Source: Octopus sinensis | Taxonomy: Eukaryota | Reading direction: 5' to 3' | Length of the DNA stretch: 64,000 bases | NCBI RefSeq assembly: GCF_006345805.1 | Contig: NC_043014.1 | Location: 50,716,001-50,780,000, forward strand | Shown here: one piece after another, positions 1 to 11,835 of the stretch | How the letters are laid out: every line of letters begins with the position of its first letter | How positions within the stretch are numbered: the first letter of the stretch is position 1 | The notes under the pieces: generated by a model | The model's input: only the letters and a program-made list of their open reading frames with translations | What the model was told of the DNA's origin: nothing | Databases searched by the model: none | Translations under genes and position numbers: made by a program

Positions 1-159
1 GACATCGACCCCAGTGCGTAACTGGTACTTAACTATATCGACCCCGAAAGGATGAAAGACAAAGTCGACCTCGGCGGAATTTGAACTCAGAACGTAACGG
101 TAGACGAAATACTGCTAAGCATATCGCCCGGCGCACTAACGATTCTGCCAGCTCGCCGC
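1..159 (-). mobile_element. tRNA-derived SINE, family A (head GGCGGCGAGCTGGCAGAATCGTTAG), cut by window start
   Basis: The reverse complement has a Pol III A-box-like TGGCAGAATCG and B-box GAGTTCAAATTCC, followed by the body CTTTCATCCTTTCGGGGTCGAT..AAGTACCAGTTACGCACTGGGGTCGAT that recurs more than 15 times in the window. Confidence 0.9.
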
Positions 160-944
160 AGTGTTGATAAACATATTTCTAATAAGGAGACTTATGACAA
201 TAAATGAAACAAATTTTCTATCACAACATCGCCTCCATTATTTGAAAGGTTTTAGAAATGATGCTCTCTGTATGATGTTGATACATCTACTAAGAAATAT
301 TTGCCACATCATCCAGGAGTTGCGCCCTAAACGATAAAAATGGGAAATAACGTTTTGCCTGTCCCCTTAACGATTCTGCCAACTCGCTGCCTAAGGCACC
401 CTGGAAAATATTGGCATCAGTATGGTAGCATGTTATCAACCATATTTCTTGATTGATCTGCTTGTTTGTTTCAGTCAATGAACTGTAATCATGCTGTGGT
501 ACCACGTTCAGTGGGTTTTCCCTTATCACAAAAAGATTGGTCTCGAAGGACCGCTTGAGCGTCGGAAAAACAAACTTCTCATTTCGTTTGCTATGTCTCT
601 TTATGTCTTAAGCTTGAATCCTATGGAGGCCCAACTTTGCCTTTTATCGAATCATGTTCTATGAAAGAAAATATATATATCTCGAAGTAGGGGTCGACGT
701 AATTGCTGACGACCTTCTTGCTAAATCGTTTGTGTCTAAAATGACAACACTTTGCCATACTATTTTTTAAATATATCTTCGTTTACTTGTGTTCGCTGTT
801 GTAAAGGCTGCAGGGTATTATTTTGAGTATATGGACATCTGTAACACTTTATGTCGGGTCATTTTACAATGAGCATTTCGTAATGGCTTCGTGATAAGAG
901 CATAAGATATATTGGCGTATCGAAAGAAATGCTGCACTTCTTCT

Positions 945-1640
945 CTTTGGAGATTCCACCGAGGCTCTTCGCGTTCTGAGTTCAAATTACTTCGAGGTCG
1001 ACTTTATATTCCATCCTTCGACGTTGATGAAATAAGTACCAGTTGAGCACGGGTGTCAATTCAATTGACTTCACTGCTCCAGGTAAAGTGTAGGGAAACT
1101 GCATGATTGTGGAGACATACAAAGAAACCGTACAAAACCAAACATCGAGAGTTGCTTGACTACAACGAGAGGAAAATAGTGAGCGCCGTGAAAAAAATTT
1201 TTTAAAGAGAAAAGCTAGGAGAGAGGGAGTGAGAGACAGATAGAAAACGGCGAAGGAGGGAAGGGAGAAATTAGAGAAAGATGGAGAATTAGAGAAAAAT
1301 GGAGAAAGAAAACAGTATAGAGTAGAGAGTCTCATCAAGAAGGTGAATCGCAGTCGATTAAATAAGTACCAGTTATGCACTGGGGTCGATATAATCGACT
1401 TAATCCGTTTGTCTGTCCTCTCTGTGTTTAGCCCCTTGTGGGTAGTAAAGAAATAGGTATTTGGTCTGCCGCTACGTTCTGAGTTCAAATTCCGCCGAGA
1501 ACGACTTTGCCTTTCATCTTTTAGGAGTCGATTAAATAAGTACCGGTTACGCACTGGGGTCGATATAATCGACTTAATCCGTCTGTCTGTCCTTGTTTGC
1601 CCTCTCTATGTTTAGCCCCTTGTGGGTAATAAAGAAATAA
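945..1640 (+). mobile_element. Three 5'-truncated or degenerate family A SINE copies (about 945-1085, 1340-1460, 1460-1640)
   Basis: Repeated GTTCTGAGTTCAAATT..GTCGACTTT..AATAAGTACCAGTT..CACTGGGGTCGATATAATCGACTTAATCCGT and the tail TTTAGCCCCTTGTGGGTA. Confidence 0.8.
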
Positions 1641-2809
1641 GAAGCAGCGGGTACAGACATATGCTCTCTCTCTCTTGCTCTCTCTCTCTCTCTCACACAC
1701 ACGCACACGCCTGTGTGTACATATACCTGTATGTAAATATATATATGTAGTGTAAATATGTATCAATATATACGGGGTGTGATGGGTAAACTGTTGCCAT
1801 TTTGTATTTTTAATTCCGCGCATGTGCACCGTTTGTTTTGTGATTTTGTTGACTACAGAGTATAGTAGGGTCAATTGGGCACCGTCTATGAGAAAAACAG
1901 CACCATGACACTATTCCCTCTGCTACAAATTTATTTTCTTGTTATTTTCTTTGTTGCCTTATTTAGATAGCAGTTTATTCACCGCATCATATATATGTTA
2001 CAGAAGAAATGTTACAGTTTCAAAATTCCGGCACATTTCCATCAAGTTCGGGGGAGGAAGGTGGACAATTACATCGACTCCAATGTTTGGCTGCTTCTTA
2101 TTTCATCGACAACGAGATTATGAAAGGCAAAATTGCCCTCGGCGGGATTTGAACTCACAACATAAAAAAAACCCAGACAAAATGCCGCTAAGTGAAAATA
2201 ATATTTATTAAACTTAACATAATGCATCACTGCCGACGCGCTCGCGCGTGAGTGTGTTTGTATTAATGCGCGTAGCCGTCACACTCAATTTACTCTGAAT
2301 CAGCCATTTGTTCCTGTAGGACAAAACATCAAAAGAGAACCGCTTTATGACATGCGCAAGATTATTGATGTTGCAATCTATCAATACATACTAGTAGCAG
2401 CTTTTGTCTACTTACATTTTAACTATAACTATAACGACAAAACATACTGAGCATTTAAAGAAAAGGAAATCGATAAAATATAGGTCCCTCGCAAGAATGT
2501 TGATACCTGTAAATAACCTACAATAAATTTATTTTTCTGGGACATTTTTTAAAATGGCTGAACAAACGTAATGCCCGATCAGCCGTCTGACTAGAACACT
2601 CTAAGAAAAAAAAAATTGAAATGGGTGCTAAAAATATAAATGTTACCTCGAGCCTCATGATAAAGGAGGGCAAATTAACTGCGATTAAAATAAACATGTA
2701 TAAATTTTGAAAAAAAAAAAGGAAAAATTGAATGAATTGAATAATCTGTATTTTGATTTTAGGATCTATTGGTCACAGACTTCATGAAGTAAAACTTTCA
2801 CAAATCATA

Positions 2810-3511
2810 CGTTAAATTCAACTTGTGGAAGCACTCCGTCGGTTACGACGATGAGGGTTCCGGTTAATCCGAATCAACAGAACAGCCTGCTCGTGAAATT
2901 AACGTGTAAGTGGCTGAGCACTCCACATATACGTGTACCCTTAACGTAGTTCTCGGGGATATTCAGCGTGACACAGAGAGTGACAAGGCCGGCCCTTTGA
3001 AATACAGGTACAACAGAAACAGGAAGTAAGAGTGAGAGAAAGTTGTGGTGAAAGAGTACAGCAGGGATCACCACCGTCCCCTGCCGGAGCCTCGTGGAGC
3101 TTTTAGGTGTTTTCGCTCAATAAACACTCACAACGCCCGGTCTGGGAATCGAAACCGCGAGTCTGCTGCCCTAACCACTGGGCCATTGCGCCTCCACAAA
3201 TTCAACTTACATTGAAAGTCAACAAAGATTGCTTTAGAAGCGTTGAGATGTATTCAAAGATAGAGATAAGGGAATAATTTTATTCTCAAACGCAGGATAA
3301 TTCTAATATTATAGCACGATGTGAGTTCGATTCTCATGGCTGGTCGCCGATAGATTTTTCTGCAGATTATGGATAACTTGTTCTGTTCATGCTATGTTAT
3401 GAACATTATCTTGCGTTTGAGAATAAAATTATTTCCTTATCTTTCAATACATCTCAACGCTTCTAAAGCAAACTTTGTTTATTGACTTTCAACATCAAGT
3501 TGAATTTACCA
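2810..3511. mobile_element. MITE with ~115-bp terminal inverted repeats and TA flanks (Tc1/mariner-like), left TIR interrupted by a SINE
   Basis: 3198-3316 is the reverse complement of about 3391-3507 (e.g. GCTTTAGAAGCGTTGAGATGTATT / AATACATCTCAACGCTTCTAAAGC). Ends read TA|CGTTAAATTC and GAATTTACCA|TA. Confidence 0.75.
2825..3197 (-). mobile_element. tRNA-derived SINE, family B (tail type 1), near full length with 11-bp TSD
   Basis: A box TGGCCCAGTGGTT and B box GGTTTCGATTCCC on the minus strand. TSD AAATTCAACTT at 2814-2824 and 3198-3208. Confidence 0.92.
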
Positions 3512-3649
3512 TACGATGGCGTCTTATAAAGCTAGATTTATATATCTTAAATTTGCAGAAGTGTTTGCCGTCGGGTCAGTTTAGCTTAATCGTAAAGGAC
3601 AATTCGTTTACAGGCAGTTGACCAACCAACAATTGGCCAAGAGGCAACT

Positions 3650-3812
3650 CACAGACAGAACAATTGTGTGGTATTGTGCAGGTTCCTGTTTCCAGACAGG
3701 GTGTTCTAGCAGCCAGTCTCTTGACCCAGGGCAGGACAGCTTCCTCCAGTGTCTTGATGTAGCATCTGTGTTGAGTCTGAGGCCCTGTGGGAATTGTCTG
3801 TCGGAGAATTGT
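3650..3812 (-). pseudogene. Tc1/mariner (DD37D/maT-like) transposase fragment
   Basis: Frameshifted translation FPQGLRLNTDA / YIKTLEEAVLPWVKRLAA / HPVWKQEPAQYHT resembles the mariner-family segment leading to the second catalytic Asp (W-QQD-AP-H). Confidence 0.7.
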
Positions 3813-4606
3813 CTGCACGCGGAATCGTTCATATATTATAACCGCTGAAACACTATGCAGCACAGTTGAATTATGAGTTACCAGTGAAATATCAACTTGT
3901 TTTTACTATTCTATCTATGTTCAGTCACACATTGTTAAAACCAAATCCTCTAATCGGGGATACAAGACATAAAATGTAGACTGATTTTTTAAGATGCTCA
4001 CCTGTAAAAAGAACATAATCACATAACAACGGTAAACGTGATATTCTTATAGGGGCATAAAAATCTCAAATCGTTTGAGTGATAGTTGTAATGGTGACAA
4101 CTTTAATCCGTGACTCCTGAATTTGATTGATATTCAAAGCACGGACTCCAGAGTGACGAAGGGCAAATTTAGATTAAAAATAATGAAGATTGATTGAATT
4201 CAGTAATAACGTTTAGATCAAGTCCTTCAGTTTATTAAAATGCAGAGACATTAATAGCAGAAACATATTAGACTCAATGTTGAATATATGATAAAGATGA
4301 TTAGAAACTAAGATGCCCTTTCTTCTAGTTTCCTGTTTGTTAAATGAATTAGTTTGCTTCAGTTGTAGAATTTATGAATCGCAGAATGTCATTTGGTGAC
4401 TAAGTGATTTCTGAATTTCTGAATTATTTAATGGAAAATTGCACCTCTCTCTCTCTGTCTTTCTCTCTCTTTCTCTTTCAGATTTCGAGTAACGTTATTA
4501 AGTCTTCCATGGTTATCTGGATTTCCGTATCTGACTTTACATGGAGTCAATAAGTCTTATGATATTTGGATACAATTAAGGATTTTTGAAAAAAATGCAG
4601 GAACAT

Positions 4607-5012
4607 CTCTTTTACTCTTTTACTTGTTTCAGTCATTTGACTGCGGCCATGCTGGAGCACCGCCTTTAATCGAACAACTCGACCCCGGGACTTATTCTTT
4701 TGTAAGCCCAGTACTTATCTATCGGTCTCTTTTGCCGAACCGCTAGGTTACGGGGACGTAAACACACCAGCATCGGTTGTCAAGCAATGCTAGGGGGACA
4801 AACACAGACACACAAACATACACACACATACATATATATACATATATACGACGGGCTTCTTTCAGTTTCCGTCTACCAAATCAACTCACAAAGCATTGGT
4901 CGGCCCGGGGCTATAGCGGAAGACACTTGCCCAAGGTGCCACGCAGTGGGACTGAACCCAGAACCATGTGGTTGGCTAGCAAGCTACTTAACACACGGCC
5001 ACTCCTGCGCCT
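4607..5012 (-). mobile_element. tRNA-derived SINE, family C (internal microsatellite, (AAAAGAGT)n tail)
   Basis: Head GGAGTGGCCGTGTG..AAGTAGCTTGC, body GGTTCAGTCCCACTGCGTGGCACCTTGGGCAAGTGTCTT, tail GGCGGTGCTCCAGCATGGCCGCAGTCAAATGACTGAAACAAGTAAAAGAG. Near-identical copies at 35351, 43271 and 58576. Confidence 0.92.
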
Positions 5013-5230
5013 GTGTATGCTTCATGGAAAATATTAGTTACATCTTCATAGACGTACATGCTTTTCCACATTCTAAACCTTATGCCGAACAGTTTTATAA
5101 TATTTCCCCAAAAAAGTGAAGCAAGTGAATAGCTCAATTGGCAGCCGATCGTGCAAATGGTTCAAGTCTAATCGTCAGTTCATCCCCATTTTAAATCCCA
5201 CGCATGAGTCAACTTCCTCTTTTATCTACA

Positions 5231-5467
5231 CAGTATTTCTCAACCAATTTTTTTTACATATGGACCCTTTTGAATCCTGTTTTACTTTGGAATGGATCCT
5301 CCTAGTCCTTCGATGTCTAAAACCTTCAATTATATTTTCTAATTAAATATTATCAGGAACTATATAAAAATATTGTTAAAATATTTTAGAAGTTTAAGTA
5401 TAAACAAATTATTGTAGATGAATTTAGCTCCTAAGAGCTATATGGACCCCCCAGCTGAGAAACACTG
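5231..5467. mobile_element. hAT-type MITE relic
   Basis: Termini CAGTATTTCTCAACC and (rc) CAGTGTTTCTCAGCT resemble hAT/Charlie TIRs, with internal TATGGACCC motifs. No clean 8-bp TSD. Confidence 0.5.
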
Positions 5468-6283
5468 TTAGATTCTAACAGAAATACAATGTCATATACC
5501 AGGGGCGATTTTTGCCTCTCGCTCTTTCTCCTCTAGCATTTCGCTCGCTGTTTCTCTCCCTATCTCTCTCTCACTCACTCTCTTTCTCTCTGACTCCTCC
5601 GCGAACACCCGTCTATTGTATTCGGAGTCCCTTTAGGAACCCCTCATATTTACCGTTGCTGTCAACAAATGGATAGGAGGATGAGACTGATGGAGTCAGA
5701 GCTTCTCGACTAATATACTACGAACTCACACACTCAAACACACACACACACACATACATACACACATACACTCACACACACACACACTTACACACACACA
5801 GAACAGTGCAAAGAAGCTAATCGTTGTAGAGCTGGACGAACAGATATGTTGTACGTTACAAAATTGATCAAAAGAAAAGAGTAATGTAAGAAATAAAGAT
5901 GAATTTGTTGTTTTGGAATCTGATGACGTTCATATAACTGAATATGTTTCTCGTGTTTTTCGCAGAGATATTATTAACAAGCTGTGTTTTGGTAAATGCT
6001 CCATATTGAGAAGGGGTGTATGTGTGTGTGTGGCAATTGTGCATCACAATAACATTTCCCGTTCCAACTGTTTCAAGTATAGAATAAAACACTGCTTTGT
6101 TGTGGACTGATGCAAAATACGTTTTGATTGGAATAAGAAATGTAAGACAAAATGAAGTTTACATCGTCTTTTATAATATACCTTGCATAGTATTTACCTT
6201 TTGTTTCAATCTTTGCAATGTGTTTTATTACGGGGCGCCTACTATCACTGAGGCGCATTTTCGACCACTGCGATATTTTCTCT

Positions 6284-6567
6284 ATGGAGGCACATGGTCT
6301 AGTTGTTAGAGTAGCGGACTCGCGGTCTAGGGATCGCGGTTTCGAATCTCAGACCGGGCGATGTGTGTGTGTTTATGAGCCAAACACCTAAGCTCCACGC
6401 ATCTCCGGCAGAAGGTAATGGCGAACTTCTGTTGACACTTTCGCCACAACTTTCTCTCACTCTTTCCTCCTGCATCTTGCAGCTCACCTGCGACGGAACC
6501 TATACGCCAAGGAAAGCGGGAAATCGGCCCTTATGAGCCAGGTATGGCTCGAGAAGGAACAAACAAA
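6284..6567 (+). mobile_element. SINE family B, tail type 2
   Basis: Head ATGGAGGCACATGGTCTAGTTGTTAGAGTAGCGGACTCGCGG..GGTTTCGAATC and tail CCTGCATCTTGCAGCTCACCTGC..GGCTCGAGAAGGAACAAACAA. Paralogue at 15461-15750. Confidence 0.88.
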
Positions 6568-7199
6568 AATTATTTCTCTGTGGCTCGCTGTGCTGTCCAT
6601 ATATTGCTCTTCTAATTGCATCATTATTCATAAGGAATTATTTCTAACTTAATATTAAGGAATATCTTCAGAATTTAGAATGAGAGGAAAGTTTATTCCA
6701 TCGCTATATAACTTTAAATAAATAATTAAATGAATCTAACGAAATGATACAATAATTATCCAGCAAATAATAATTTGGTAATATTAAATTTCTATTTTCC
6801 CTATAACTTTTAAATATTGTTAAATTAACGTGTTTTATAAAGATCTTGGTTAATTATCTTAGATACATCAAATCAAATCATCTCGAGTAATTATATTTCA
6901 TTGGAGAGCTTAGCATTTAACAATCAACCATTTAGCAAATGTCTCAATATTTTCAAACTGTATCCTGAGAAGTAATAAATGATTAATATTATTCACATTC
7001 GTCATTTGCATTAAGTTACAGAATCAGACCCCACGCAGAAGAAAAATTAAATAAGCAATATATTATTCAATGAAAACACTGCCTCTCTTCTATAATATTA
7101 ACAATATTTATATAACATATGTGTGCGTAATTAGAGAATAGAGTTACAGACTAACAACATATTCGACACGTTGTAGTATAGTACTATTTGTTTAGTTAA

Positions 7200-7285
7200 C
7201 AGGAATAAGGAATGGCTTAATATTTAGTCTTCGGTGGAGTGAGAAATGGTATATTCAACAAGTGTACAAAAGACTTCAATAGTAC

Positions 7286-7316
<31 letters not shown>

Positions 7317-7955
7317 TCTATATCTATATATATATATATATATACATACATACATACATACATACATACATACATACATACATACATACATACACACACA
7401 TACATATATATAACAGTCCAAGATGACAGGAGCTATATATATGTAGTTAATACCCCTCCCACCCAAAAATGAAGAACGAACACTAGAAACAAACAACAAC
7501 GCAGGGACGTGGCGATATAAATTACTTGCAGACGCTCAGGGAAGGAAGAAAAGGCAGTTTTAATTTTCGAGCATGGCTCTTCATCAGAAACAGGAAACGG
7601 AGGAAAGTTCAAGAGAAAAAGGAGGACGGAAGAAAAAATCGCCAACGATCCACATGTCGTTACATTTTGAAATATATATATATATATTATACATACATAC
7701 TATATTATGTATATATATATATATAATATTATATTATATATATATATCTATATATATATTATATATATATATTATACAATATACATATATATATATACAT
7801 ATATATATATTATATATATAATACATATACAATATATATTATATATAATATATATAATATATTAATATACATAGACATATACATGTATATATATACATAT
7901 ACATATATATACATAACATATGCATATATATATATATACATATACATATACATAC

Positions 7956-8007
<52 letters not shown>

Positions 8008-8010
8008 CAC
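7200..8010. repeat. Compound (TA)n/(ATAC)n microsatellites flanking a short interspersed repeat
   Basis: Directly visible at 7285-7410 and 7670-8008. Confidence 0.9.
7557..7591 (-). ncRNA. Minimal type I hammerhead ribozyme-like motif in a short repeat relic (about 7470-7670)
   Basis: Minus strand reads GTTT-CTGATGA-A-GAGC-CAT-GCTC-GAAA-AT-T-A-AAAC: intact core, 4-bp stem II, 4-bp stem I, and a minimal palindromic stem III. Confidence 0.55.
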
Positions 8011-8347
8011 GCTTGTAGCTTAGTGGTTAGGTTATTCAGCTCACAATAGTAAGGTCATGCGTTTAATTTCCGCTGACGCATCGTGTTCTTGAGCAAGACA
8101 CCTTATTTCACGTTGCTCTAGTCCGCTCAGCAGCCCAAAATGAGTACTTCTTGTATTTTAAAGGCCCAGTCTCGTCACACTTTGTGTCTTACGCTGAATC
8201 TCCCCGAGAACTACGTTAAGGTTACACGTGACTGTGGAGTGCTCAGCCCCTTGCACATCCTTTTTCAGGAATAGGCTGTTCCGTTGACTGGATCGACGGA
8301 AAACCCCATCGTCGTAAGCAATCAACACTCCAAAACACCCGGAAGTG
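8010..8347 (+). mobile_element. Diverged SINE with a different head and body but the family B type-1 tail
   Basis: Head TGTAGCTTAGTGGTTAGG, body CTTGAGCAAGACACCTTATTTCACGTTGCTC. The tail ACGCTGAATCTCCCCGAGAACTACGTTAAGG..GTGGAGTGCTCAGCC matches 2825-3010 (rc). Confidence 0.8.
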
Positions 8348-8704
8348 GAACCTCACCATCAGTCGAAACTTTAACTCACATCATTTAATTAACATTATGT
8401 CTGTTCCGGACCAGAACGATAGAAAGCATCAGGTTTCGGTTCCAGCTCAGCATTAAATACATTTTCTAAGGAGAGCAGACGTTCACCATCTATTCAATAA
8501 AACCAATGTGGAAAGCAGCTCTTCTAGGAAAAAAGATACCGATATGAAACTTACTGTCATTTTAAAATGCTTGTCACTAAAACTCTCTGTGGCAAAAAGT
8601 GATATGCATTTTATCATTTTAATCCAATCACATACAGAAGTATCACTAATATTTCGCTTGGTGATCCGTGTTGTATCATGCGAAGTCCCGTAGCGCTAGA
8701 TGCA

Positions 8705-8822
8705 TGACATTTGCCTTTCTTCCTTTCGGGGTCGATAAATTAAGTACCAGTTACGTACTAGGGTCGTTTGTCTGTCCTTGTTTGTCCTCTCTGTGTTTAG
8801 CCCCTTGTGGGTAGTAAATAAA
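8705..8822 (+). mobile_element. 5'-truncated family A SINE
   Basis: CCTTTCGGGGTCGATAAATTAAGTACCAGTTACG..TTTAGCCCCTTGTGGGTAGTAAA. Confidence 0.85.
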
Positions 8823-8947
8823 TGGGTTCTTATTTGACAAAACGAGGCAATCGTCACAGGTGTATGTATGTTTGTGATCATACCTTTTACAGATATACAC
8901 AAACAAATATACACATACGCACACATATATGCATGTATATATATATA

Positions 8948-9177
8948 TTTCTTTACTACCCACAAGGGGCTAAACACAGAGGAGACAAACAAGGACAGAC
9001 AAACGGATTAAGTCGATTATATCGACCCCAGTGCGTAACTGGTACTTAATTTATCGACCCCGGAAGGATGAAAGGCAAAGTCGACCTCTGCGGAATTTGA
9101 ACTCGGAACGTAACGGCAGACGAAATACGGCAACGCATTTCGCCCGCCGTGCTAACGTTTCTGCCAGCTCGCCGCCT
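8948..9177 (-). mobile_element. Full-length family A SINE
   Basis: Complete head to tail, flanked by TGTATATATAT on both sides (possible TSD in a TA repeat). Confidence 0.92.
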
Positions 9178-9190
9178 TGTGTATATATAT

Positions 9191-9436
9191 CACTTCCGGG
9201 TGTTTTGGAGTGTTGATTGCTTACGACGATGGGGTTTTCCGTCGATCCAGTCAACGGAACAGCCTATTCCTGAAAAAGGATGTGCAAGGGGCTGAGCACT
9301 CCACAGTCACGTGTAACCTTAACGTAGTTCTCGGGAAGATTCAGCGTAAGACACAAAGTGTGACGAGACTGGGCCTTTAAAATACAAGAAGTACTCATTT
9401 TGGGCTGCTGAGCGGACTAGAGCAACGTGAAATAAG
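9191..9436 (-). repeat. 246-bp inverted duplicate of 8102-8347
   Basis: The reverse complement matches 8102-8347 with one mismatch seen (TCTCCCCGAG vs TCTTCCCGAG). It abuts the Penelope-like ORF directly. Confidence 0.92.
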
Positions 9437-11669
9437 AAACAAAGAACTTACACCTAACGAAATAAGCATACTCTCCAAAGTACTTAAATTTACACCCACC
9501 CCACAACGTTCTAATTATTATGAAATGAAAGATGATATTTCGGAATTTTGCAGAAAACTAAGACTCACCGAGGCATTTCAAGACAAACAAATAGAGGAGG
9601 ACTCAATAGCTAGAAACAAGAGCAATTACACCCCCACCAAAGGTAAGAATAAAGCCTTAGACCGCTATGTGACTACATAACTAATTTCCCGTTTCAATTC
9701 ATCAAGAAACAAAAACACAGCCCTAACTTCAACAAAAGAGAATGGAACGACCTCATCAAACTAAGAGAAGACAAAACAATAACAATTAAGGAGGCAGATA
9801 AGGGCAACGCGATAGTAATAATGAATACAAACAATTATAAAAATTTAGTGCTATCCTATTAAGAGATGAAACGTATTATGAAAGGGCCCAACAGTATAAC
9901 CAGCAAAAAATAATGCATAACCTTAGGACATTAATCAACACATACCAAGAAGGACTCACGAACAAGGAGTATGAATACATCACTAACTTCAAATGCAAAT
10001 CGAGTTTGTTCTATGGTATCCCTAAGGTACACAAAAGCCAAACCATTAGAGAAACGTGCAAAACATCCACCGACACACTCATCAAAATCCCTTCACCAAA
10101 TGATCTTAAACTAAGACCGATAATAGCAGGGCCAGCATGTGAAACTCACCGCTCAGTAATTTCTTAGACACACTTCTTAAACCTTTCCTAAAACACATCA
10201 AAAGCTACGTAAGAGACGATATAGATATGCTCAACCACCTCCCTAAAACAGTCAATGAGAAAACCCTTCTAGTATCATTCGACGTAGTTAATCTTTTTCT
10301 CTCCCTCACAAACTAGGAATAGAAGCAATCACCTTCTGGCTGAATAACTACCCCTTTGAACTCCCAACTCGCATAAACAAAGCCTTATAATAGAAGGACT
10401 TAGATTCATTTTAGAGAACAATTATTATTTTTGACAATGATTTCTACAGGCAAAGATCGGGAACAGCGATGGGCACGCGTACTGCACCATCTTTTGCCAA
10501 CCTAGTGATGGATACCTCGAGAAAATACTATACCGGATGACACTCGAGAAATATGGAAACACCTTCGCCACCTATATCCATAATAACAACTGGAAAAGAT
10601 ACCTCGATGACTGTTTCATCATCTGGGGACAAAGCATAGAGAAACTTGAGGAATTTAAAATTCTATTAAATGGAATAAATTACAATATACAATTCACGAT
10701 GGACCACAACGAAAAAGAATTACCATTTTTAGACATCCTCATTAAGAAAACCGGCAACAAAATAGAGACAGATATCTACTATAAACCGACAGACTCTAAA
10801 CAGTACCTACCCTTTGATTCATGCCACCCACGACACACTAGAATGAATGTCCCTTTTGTTTAGCTAGAAGGATTTGCACCATAATATCAGACACAAACAC
10901 CCGACACACACGTCTCCAAGAACTTAGAATCACACTCACAAATAGAAACTATCCACAGCCCCTAATAGACAGTGCAATCCAACGGGTACTTAAATTAAGT
11001 ATAGAAGACCTGAGACAAACAAAACCAAAAAAGAAAGAACAATTAAAAACCCTTCCCTACATCTCTACACACAACCCACTCAACAATGAGGCCTTCAACA
11101 CCATACTACAAAGCACAGCCCTACTAAAGGGAGACCCAAAGATGAACCGGATCCTCGAAACACACACCTTCATTAAAAGTAAACGGCAACCAAATCCTTG
11201 AAAAGGATTTTAACCCAAGCTACACTGCACTCAACATCAACCACAAAACCAGCAGTTAGAAAATGTGGAAGGCCCAACTGCGGAATCTGTGTCATCTTGA
11301 AAGAAGGATCAGAATTTATACTGGAACAAGGCCACCAGTTCACCATTAGAACAAACTTCACCTGCGCATCAGAAAACTTAATTTACGTCATAACATGCGC
11401 AGGCTGCAATAGGCAGTAATAGGCCATACAAAAAATAGCTTACGTAACAGGATGGCGGTGCATAAATCACAAATTAGAAACCCTGATTACCGCAAAATAC
11501 CGGTCAGCGGACACATAGATAGATGTGCTGGAAATGTAAATCCGAAATTTACAACTAACCCGCTCTATAAATTCAGTGACAACGCAACCTTCACACAACG
11601 CCAAAATAAAGAACTATTTTCATAAAAAAATTTAGACCAAGTTTAAACACCCTGGGCCAGGAATACTAA
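9437..11669 (+). pseudogene. PLE reverse transcriptase plus GIY-YIG endonuclease, disrupted by several stops and frameshifts
   Basis: Motifs in order: LSKVLKFTPTP, FYGIPKVHK, LRPIIAG, LVSFDVVNL (RT motif A), GTAMGT-APSFANL (B), WKRYLDDCF (C), LPFLDI, TDIYYKPTDSKQYLPFDSCHP (thumb), linker CGRPNCGIC, then NLIYVITCAGC..(Y)IG..H..H (GIY-YIG with CCHH). Ends FRPSLNTLGQEY*. Confidence 0.92.
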
Positions 11670-11835
11670 AAAAAAGATAAGTCCTCCGAAAAGGAGAACC
11701 AAATTTCACCACGGCCGCTACTTCAAACAGACACTCACTCTGACGGAAATATGCCTTAGTAAAAAGGAAAAAAATTATTTCGTGCAAATCTGACCCTGAT
11801 ACATACGATACAGCTAAGGGTCAGACCCGATTCTG

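Noticed and set aside
982-1554. 190-aa minus-strand ORF
   Set aside because: It is composed of antisense SINE sequence plus a purine-rich low-complexity tract.
4481-4600. Strong polypyrimidine acceptor with open frame FRVTLLSLPWLSGFPYLTLHG
   Set aside because: The pyrimidine tract is a (CT)n microsatellite and no good donor follows.
9437-11669. Possibility that the PLE is a selenoprotein-encoding Naiad-type element or uses stop readthrough
   Set aside because: The endonuclease is C-terminal (Neptune-type layout), and the interruptions I traced are TAA/TAG stops and frameshifts rather than TGA at Cys positions.
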